A model generated the notes under the pieces. It searched no databases, had not been told where the DNA came from, and saw only the letters and a program-made list of their open reading frames with translations. Below, one piece after another: positions 56,060 through 64,000 of a DNA stretch of 64,000 bases (position 1 is its first letter; each line of letters starts with the position of its first letter). Both the position numbers and the translations under genes were made by a program. This DNA comes from Diadema antillarum (lineage: Eukaryota): positions 992,001-1,056,000 of the forward strand of contig NW_027271056.1 in NCBI RefSeq assembly GCF_040938485.1, in the 5' to 3' direction.

Positions 56060-58053
56060 CATCTTATTAAAACATGTACACGTGTTACTAAGGTCATAAC
56101 CGACAAGGAAAGATGGCAGAAAATGGACTATCCTTCAAAGGTATGTTGGTTGAGTTGAAACGTTAAAAAGCATACAATTCTAAGAGGAATTCAAAATTTA
56201 GTTGATGAGAATCGCTTTTGAAATGACTACTGGGATATCAAAACACAGAGTAAAACAAAACGATCCTAATGAAATGTGATTCCCACTTTTTATTACATTA
56301 TCGCTTTATTTTGGATATGTCAGCCATTTTAAAACCATTTTCATTAAATGAACTTTGAATTCCTCTTTATAGAAATCGGTCCATATAAATTATGCTCTTT
56401 ATATGGGGTTTCTCGTAATCTCAAAACAGCATCACCGAGACACCTGAAACCTCATCTCAAGCGAAACTATACCATCGCTTTAACTTTACTGTTGAGACAC
56501 AGTTTGGAGGATAAAAAACAAACAAACTTGATGTCGAATAAGCAAACTTTTTCTTTGCCTTTCAGTAGGAGGATGACAACTAAATTCTTACGAAATACTA
56601 ATTCTCGACATGATAATTTGTGTTACTCTGCTGAGCTTGTTATCAGTCTTGTGCCCCATCTCCAGCTCACTCACCCCACCCCACCGCCAAACCAATAATC
56701 TGAAATTCTGACATTGTCACTAATCATTCCGACACGCAACCGGAATTCGCTGTGAGTGAGAATATTGTACACAAGGTGCTAGTTGCATCACAGTCTGCCT
56801 TGCATCACAAGGTGCACATTCTTATGTAAACAATACCCAATTACGACCCATTATCGATCGACTCGTAGTCGTGAGGCCGTATACCGTCGCACTGGGCACG
56901 CCGAAGCCCCTCGAAACGCTTGAGAAGTATGAAAAGCCTCCTAGGACAAATTTGAAGATACGCGAGAGAAGAATGTGAAATACAGTAACTCCGCGTGTCG
57001 TTGCCTCAATTCATTAGCACAAATAAATGCAGAATCATGTTTTATTCAATGTTTTATTTGAATTTGTGAGAACTGACACCTAGGTATGGACTCAACACAG
57101 ATGCTTCACAATGAAAGTTCGTGGAAAGAAAATTTAGTGAGTGCATCTAAATCACTTAATAGAGACTGAGGATTTCCGATGCATTAACAACAACCAAAGT
57201 GGGGACTCGGCCCTGGTGAGATAACACACGCAATGTTGGCAAGCTAGTGGTTACTTAGAACCAATCACCTTGTGTAGAGTTGTTGTTTTTCGCAAAGAAT
57301 GCAGATATTATGATTACCAAACATGATTTATTGACGACGATTGTCAAATCGACCAACTTGGGTAGTCATAGTTTTCCGATGTATACTTCTTTCTCGTCTC
57401 TTCTTCGTTTTTCCCTTCATCTCTCTTCCTTTTCTGTCCTCTCTTCTTTTACGTAAATCTCTACTTGAGAAAAAAAATGTTTTATTCTTTTTTTTACTCC
57501 TCTTCTTTTACCGTTTCTCCTCCATAGATCCTATTTCAATTTCAATTCAATTCATTTTTTTGATTTCATTTTTCGACAAAAACATACAGACATCAATGTC
57601 ATTGGTTACAGAAAATAAAGTAAAATCATGTGAAATGAAAAGAGCGCACAGTAATTGTGGAACCTTACGATAATACATCGTCATGAAAACTGAAGTGATT
57701 CAAGGGAAATAAGCAATACGCAAAATTAAAAAACAAAAATCTTAAATTTCTATCCTTCTTTTCTTTCTTATACTACTGTCTCAGACTTTTCACGCTCTCA
57801 TTTCAGATCCAGATTCCTCTACAGGATCTCACTCATTACATATATATCACCATTTCTCGGTATCGCAATATTTCTGTATTTTTTCGTTTTAGTTTTTGTA
57901 GTAGGCACATAATATTTGTAATTCTACAGGATTGCTTTCACTCTCATTTCAGTTCTCACGCTCTGTGTTCCCTTTCTCTCTCATTGGCACTTTATATTCA
58001 CAAGCAATTCTATTCTTCAAATTCATGAAATTCTTCCGTAGGTTTTTTTTTTT

Positions 58054-58208
58054 AATTGCAACTGATTGACAAATTGCCCTGCATCGACGTACATAAGCAC
58101 TGAATTGATCAGTGCAGTAGCCATTATCCATGGCTACTACTAAAACACTGATCAATTCAGTGCTTATTTACGTTTATGTATAGGGCAATTTGTCAATCAG
58201 TTGCAATT
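58054..58208. mobile_element. 155-bp hairpin MITE (partial copies at ~33760-33830 and ~49315-49395)
   Basis: About 61-bp arms AATTGCAACTGATTGACAAATTGCCCT...CACTGAATTGATCAGTG, with an inner GTAGCCAT/ATGGCTAC stem. Confidence 0.75.
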
Positions 58209-59322
58209 CTATTAACTTATCTTTATAATTCGAATCCATTCACCATTCTATTATAATTCTTACCATTCCGAACGAGCTATTTAACTACGGGTTATCTACT
58301 CTATATATCTGAATCAAGGAGGTTCAAGAGATGGAGTAGCAGCATGCAGTCTCATTCCCTTTGGTCCCATGTTCAATGCCACCAAATATAAATTATTATT
58401 ATTTTTTTTAATAAGCAAAACTGTCTCTGTCCGACAGAGAGGAAGACAATGGATTCACGTCTACTCTCATAGACCAGTCAGCACTCTCTGAGGAAGATAA
58501 TGTCTGTATGATGGTATGTATACTAAAAGTAGGTCTAATCATTAGTTAAGTTTTCTCCATCTCAGAAGATGAGCTGTAATGGTAGTGGTGTCACGGAGAC
58601 GCGCGAATACAAATTGTGCAAATTGCGTGTAAAGATGGATCTTCAGATTGCTCAGAAAGATAGCGGCATCGGACCCCGATTTCAAAGGCACGAATGCACC
58701 TGTGGATTTTTTTGTGAGTAACAGAATTCGTTTAGAAAACTGACAGCTGTTGGAATGACCCTTCTTGCCTGAACCTTCTTATAGTCTGCGTTCTGTAGGG
58801 CCTACTATAGGCCTACTGATTTTCTTTCTGCTTGTTTTAGAATGGCGATGTACATTGCACATTATGGTCTACGCTGCTCTCCATACATCCTCTCACGGTA
58901 CAGTTCTCACAGTAGATCAAAGTGAAGGGGGGGGGGGGGGGGCTGCTAGCGTGCAAGCCCCTCCACGTACTCGTAATAATAATCTCGTACGAATGTACAC
59001 AGTATCCATCGACCTACTCGTGCGGGCGGCTCGGCTCGCTCACCCACACACCACCACACTCACACGATTCGATATTCCATCATCATTTCGAGTGTTCATG
59101 CCCCCGCCTTCCGTAAGCCATCGTGTACTCCTCGAGAACTGATGTAACTCTTCCAACTTCTCACTGGACGTATACATCCTGTTAGGAGCTTGCCCTTGTG
59201 TGCGTTGGTGCTCGAATTGAACTGCTCAAGTTGGAGATTTACCCCTTATTCTTTACAGTTCAGTCAGAGGATTTTCATGAACGACTCAAGTTTCTTCAAG
59301 TGAGTGAAAGCGTCTTCGTGCC

Positions 59323-61064
59323 ATGACCGCAAGGTGGCATATATCATGGCCAGAACTTATGGCCGTTCTGCTTGTGGTAGGACTAGGAGCGTGCTTGGGA
59401 GAGTCGCGGGAAAAACGAGCAGCGGACAATAACAACCAGTAAGTGAAAGTATTATTTCAGTTATTTGTTTCTTTACTCGTACATTATATAGACGAGTGTT
59501 CATCTGATTCGCAACATTGCGAATAAGCCTCGAGTAAATGTCGACCCCCCTGTTCTGACTAACGTCAGGGTAGGGAGTCGAGCCGACCGTCGTTTGTCAG
59601 CCAGCTTGTTTGAGGGATCCGCCCCTTTCGACAGGGATGTCGTTATCTCATTTGGAACCCGTGGACGAAGCGGGACGTGTGCCAAGTCTTCAAAGTACAG
59701 TGGAAACGTTATAATATTATAAGTGTACCGAATGGATCTTGTGAAGAACCTCCTTTATTCTCCAGTATTGATGTTATCCCATGCCATACCATGTGTGTAC
59801 CCTTTGCATTTCCATGAACTTCTGTTCTGGAAGTTCGTTCTTCTGACTAACTGTATCTATCTCATCTGCCGATCTGGTGGTGGTGTGTGTGTTTTTCTGT
59901 TTTCACCCTCCAAGTGTTTCCTTCCTGGTAGAAATTCATTAGATTTTGAGTTACTGCTATCAGCCCATCACCCAAATTGGCAATGACCTTGTGTTAATGT
60001 GTTTTCAGTAGGGTAATCACATTCACATTTTTTTTTTTTTTTTTTTTTTTGGGGGGGGGGGAGGGTTGGATGGGATTTAATGTATTGAACTGGGGATACA
60101 TTGTACATAGACATCTAGTACTGCTAGGCACTACTAGTACTACTACTAGTACCATAGTAGTAAGCTAGTCTGGGACTGCAGAACAGGAGGGAGCGGAGGA
60201 GGCTGACTTGTGAAACTATAACCTGGGAAATGTTTTACCCTTGACCACCATCCCCCAGCCCCACTCCCCCACCCCCCCCCCCCCAAAAAAAAAAATGCCC
60301 CACTACCCCTGCTAGTATCAATCAATGGTCTGAAGCCAGATTTTATGAAGATAATGGATGCAGCCAAGAGTCAAAGCTACAATGTAGGCACAAATGTCAA
60401 ATGTCATTCATTCATTCACCATTCATTGCCTGAATTTAAATGATCTTGCCTGAGTTTTAGTTGGCATGAATCAAAATTTAGATCAAATAGCAGTGGCGGA
60501 TCCAGAGGGGGGCGCAACCGGCGCACGCCCCCTTTATTTTTCGTTAAAACCAAAAGAAATAAAAAGAAAAAAATGAAGTGAAACCTGGAAGTGGCACCAA
60601 AAATATTAGTTACGCCCCTCTTTACAGAATTCCTGGTAGTGCAGCCAGGATACCAGGCTACCAGGATTGTTTTTTTTTTTTCAACCAGCTCTTCTGTGTA
60701 GTGGCTGTCCTTTCTCCCCTTTTTTGTCAAAATTAAGTATTTGTGAGCTGTACACCTGTGAAGTTCCTTATCTACAAAGAGGGTCTGTACATCAAAGTCA
60801 CTTGAAATGTGTTCGTGTAAGACTGCTAAATTTTGAATTTTATAAGTATTGTTTTTTCTTTTTGATAAATGTGACCCTCTTTTTAAGTGTCAGAGCTCTC
60901 CAGTTGTTAGTGTGGCACAGAAAAGTGCCTTACTTTTTTTTTTTTTTTTTTGATTTCCAGAGCAGAGTAGTGGTAGGTACATGCAAGCATTCCAAATCAA
61001 ACTTCTTTATGAAAATCATTCTGGTGACTCTTGGTGTCTAAACAATACATGCATGTGATGTGGG

Positions 61065-61107
<43 letters not shown>

Positions 61108-62152
61108 CCTCATAGTTTGTATGTAAAATTTTTAAATGTCCACTGTCCAGTACTTAGTATTTCATTCAAAATGTTTCTCAATTCTACCCCAGTCTCACAT
61201 CATCCTAACTGATCATTATTCTGAAGTTATTCAACCAGGAATAACATCATTTTTGTACATTTTAATAACAGAAACATTGAATTGTCACCATTTTTATTAA
61301 ACAAAATCAGTGGATGATTGTGTGGTTATGACATCATCAGCTCACTCATTAGCATAATTCCTATCATTTATATGAGAATTGTTCTGCAGAAATAAGTGAA
61401 ACCTCACAATTTCATGACTTCCCTAAATATTATCTGACTTTGATCAAATTTTTACTGTTGTTTACATAAAGTTTACTCTTTCGTGTCAGACCATGGCTGC
61501 ATTTATCGAACACGAGAAAGAGAATCATGTTTTAAAACATGTTTTAAATGGCGGTTTACGAATGTGGTTTAAAATGCGATTCTATGGGTGTCCCGTTTAT
61601 CTAACCATCGTGCAATCACAATTCAAGTTTTGCCACTGAGCAGCTGCTTTGTGCTATTTGACCTGGTAAGTACGAGTTCAAGGTCAACTGCATACCACCA
61701 AACATTCACACACAAATAACGGATAGAAAAACAAATGGTGCACAGTTTTCTCAGCAACCGGAAACAGCTGGTTAGTAGTTGACCTTGAGACATAAATGTG
61801 TTTCAAAACGGCATCGTGTTTTATCTACTCGCAGAAAGGCAATGTTGGTCTCAAACGCTTTTCAAAATGTCCTTTGAATGGTGTTTTCCAATTGGTGTTT
61901 CTAAATGCGCTGGAAAACGTGGTTGCATTACACGTGTACATGTATATCCAACGCCTGAAAATGCTTCAAACGTATTTAGGTTTGTGATTCTGCCTCTGAA
62001 AATTTTTAGATTGCGATGTACATAAACTTATTTCGTATGGATAACTGGACTGGAATCAATTATTAAAGTCGGTGGCCAGATGAATGGCTGTGATTTTCAT
62101 GTTCAGATTCAAATTCAGATAGATTCTCACTCCTCTCTTGTTGAATCTGCTA

Positions 62153-62206
<54 letters not shown>

Positions 62207-63898
62207 TCTATGGTATACTGAATTATTATGCCATTTTCTTAAATCTGTCAAGGGATGGGAATGGATACACTTTACTACACAAAAAACACACCAAAAATTT
62301 AAAGTTCCTAATTACAATGTAGTTTAGGGCTACCTTTTATTTTTTCCTTTTTCTTGTTGACATGTATTTGCTCCTGCAGCAATTGCTCAAATGAAATATC
62401 TGCATGCTAAGCCAAACATGAATTCTACCCACAAAAATAACCCTAACCCTGATCCTAATCCACACATCAAACTAAACCTACAAAGCTATCACAACCATAC
62501 AGCTGTATATATCCCGAAGTCCTTGGAGAAAATAAGACTGGAGCAATTGTCGTAAGAGCAAATGTTATGTCACCACATTGGAGAACTCTGAAATTGGTGC
62601 CCGCCAAGCTCTCAGAATTTTTCCCCTTTCTGAGAATTGTGTGTCCTGTGATGTAATAGGATTTTGTAGAATGTGGTTACCAAATGGCTCTCTGTGTTTG
62701 TTCACTGAAAGCATCTGGTCTACGTGAACATCTGTCCTGCACAGTCCAATGATTCAGTGCATCTTGTTCTTCAAGTTTGTCTATAATAGCACACACAAGG
62801 TGCATTATACCAATTACCAGTATGTATACTGACTTTACTCAGTACTTGTGCTTGACTGCATTCCCTTTTTAATTCCAAAGTTTCAGTGATCATTTTTCAG
62901 TAGTGTAATCATCCCAACAGAAATACTTAGGTACAGTGTATCTAGTGTACCTCATGTGGTTGTTGTTGTTTTGTTTTTAGATAGTTGAGCTTTTTTACTT
63001 GAGAATCTATAGCATGCCAAGAAAGTTGTTTGTGTCGGACAGGTTGAACAGAAGCCATTCAATAAGAAGTCTTCAAGCATGGGTTTGAACAATTCAGTAG
63101 TCACGAATGTAAGAAAGTCAGTTGTTTGAACAAGCCCACTTTCCATTCACATGCAAAATGTTTACAAATTTGCTGGGGCTGCCCCATCCTCGGGATGGAG
63201 CCATTACTGAATTTGGTGATGCATGCTATGGTCTGAAAATCCAACTCCCTGTGCATCAGGTGTGCATACTGTTCAAGTTCATACAGCAGCACAAAAAACG
63301 GGGGTAAAAAGTCATAACAGTTCCCACTTGGGGGTTCAATCTGGAGGGGCAATATCATGTGAACATGGTAATGGTACACGTTGCAATTGATCCCTGGAGT
63401 TAGCTGTAGTGTGAAAAGGGAGTGGAAGCTTGAATTCAGCCTAAAGGGAGTCTGGCCATGTTCACACTCTTGTTCAAACATTTACAAGTCTAATTTGTTT
63501 GTTACTCCATGCAAATCATCTCTGATTTAGGTTTAGACTCAGAATGAGATCAGACAAGAACTTCGCCCAAGCCCTTATTGAACTCAATATAATGTGAGAC
63601 TAAGCTTATCTAGAGATTTGATAAGTCTGAGACTGAGTCTATGGCTGGCAGAGCCCCACAAAGAACAGTGATGTGAACAGGGATGCCATCAACCAGGTGA
63701 CCTTCGCTTCCCATGGTTTTCACTCATATGCATGATTTTTTTTTGTTGCTCATCTTTCTTTACAGACCAAATATTGTCACCAATGATGGACACCTCATCT
63801 TCCAAACTGGGGCAAACCACAACATTACCTTCAAGACTGGAGGGGGAGATGGAAGAGTTAATATTGATAATTATGACCTGACGGAGGTGTCCAGAACA
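59323..63898 (+). CDS. CUBN: Cubilin-like gene, coding exons 1-2 only (continues beyond window)
   Basis: Exon 1, 59323-59438: MTARWHISWPELMAVLLVVGLGACLGESREKRAADNNN, then CA|gtaagt. Exon 2, 63766-63898: tacag|A CCA; Q-PNIVTNDGHLIFQTGANHNITFKTGGGDGRVNIDNYDLTEVSRT|gtaagt. This resembles the human cubilin N-terminus as I recall it (RQKR furin site, [38 protein letters not shown]). Phase 2 and phase 0 introns fall at equivalent positions. Confidence 0.85.
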
Positions 63899-64000
63899 GT
63901 AAGTACAAGCCAGATCTCTTTTTCTTCCAAGGATGCCGGTAATTACTAGTATCTCTTTATAGAGCAAAATATGGCAGGCATCAATTCATATTTGGGGTTG

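Noticed and set aside
60490-60660. CAGTGGCGGATCCAGAGGGGG.. possible hAT-type MITE
   Set aside because: Only the left terminus is recognisable; I found no convincing right TIR or 8-bp TSD.

Overview
AT-rich eukaryotic genomic DNA with GT-AG introns, microsatellites and 5 N-gaps. The repeat content and gene types suggest an invertebrate deuterostome, possibly an echinoderm; this taxon call is inference. The ORF track is mostly noise because the genes are spliced. By hand splicing I reconstructed five frame-consistent gene models. (1) SLC22/organic-cation-transporter-like gene A: minus strand, 11 coding exons, 62-12178, 568 aa. (2) Tandem paralogue B: minus strand, 11 exons, 18726-27593, 566 aa. 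(3) A secreted cholinesterase-like type-B carboxylesterase: minus strand, 10 exons, 36649-43061, 600 aa. It has an intact catalytic triad and an AChE-type WAT tetramerisation tail but lacks the choline-binding loop. (4) An unrecognised 4-exon plus-strand gene, 47854-53884, 253 aa. It encodes a probably disordered protein with an N-myristoylation signal and a PP2A-B56-type LxxIxE motif. (5) The first two coding exons of a cubilin-like gene on the plus strand, 59323-63898, continuing past the window. Intergenic and intronic DNA holds a 5'-truncated Tx1/L1-clade LINE with a 14-bp TSD, L2/CR1 3' remnants, tRNA-derived SINEs, a nest of PIF/Harbinger-like MITEs, telomere-like-core elements and hairpin MITEs. 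All protein comparisons are from memory; no searches were run.
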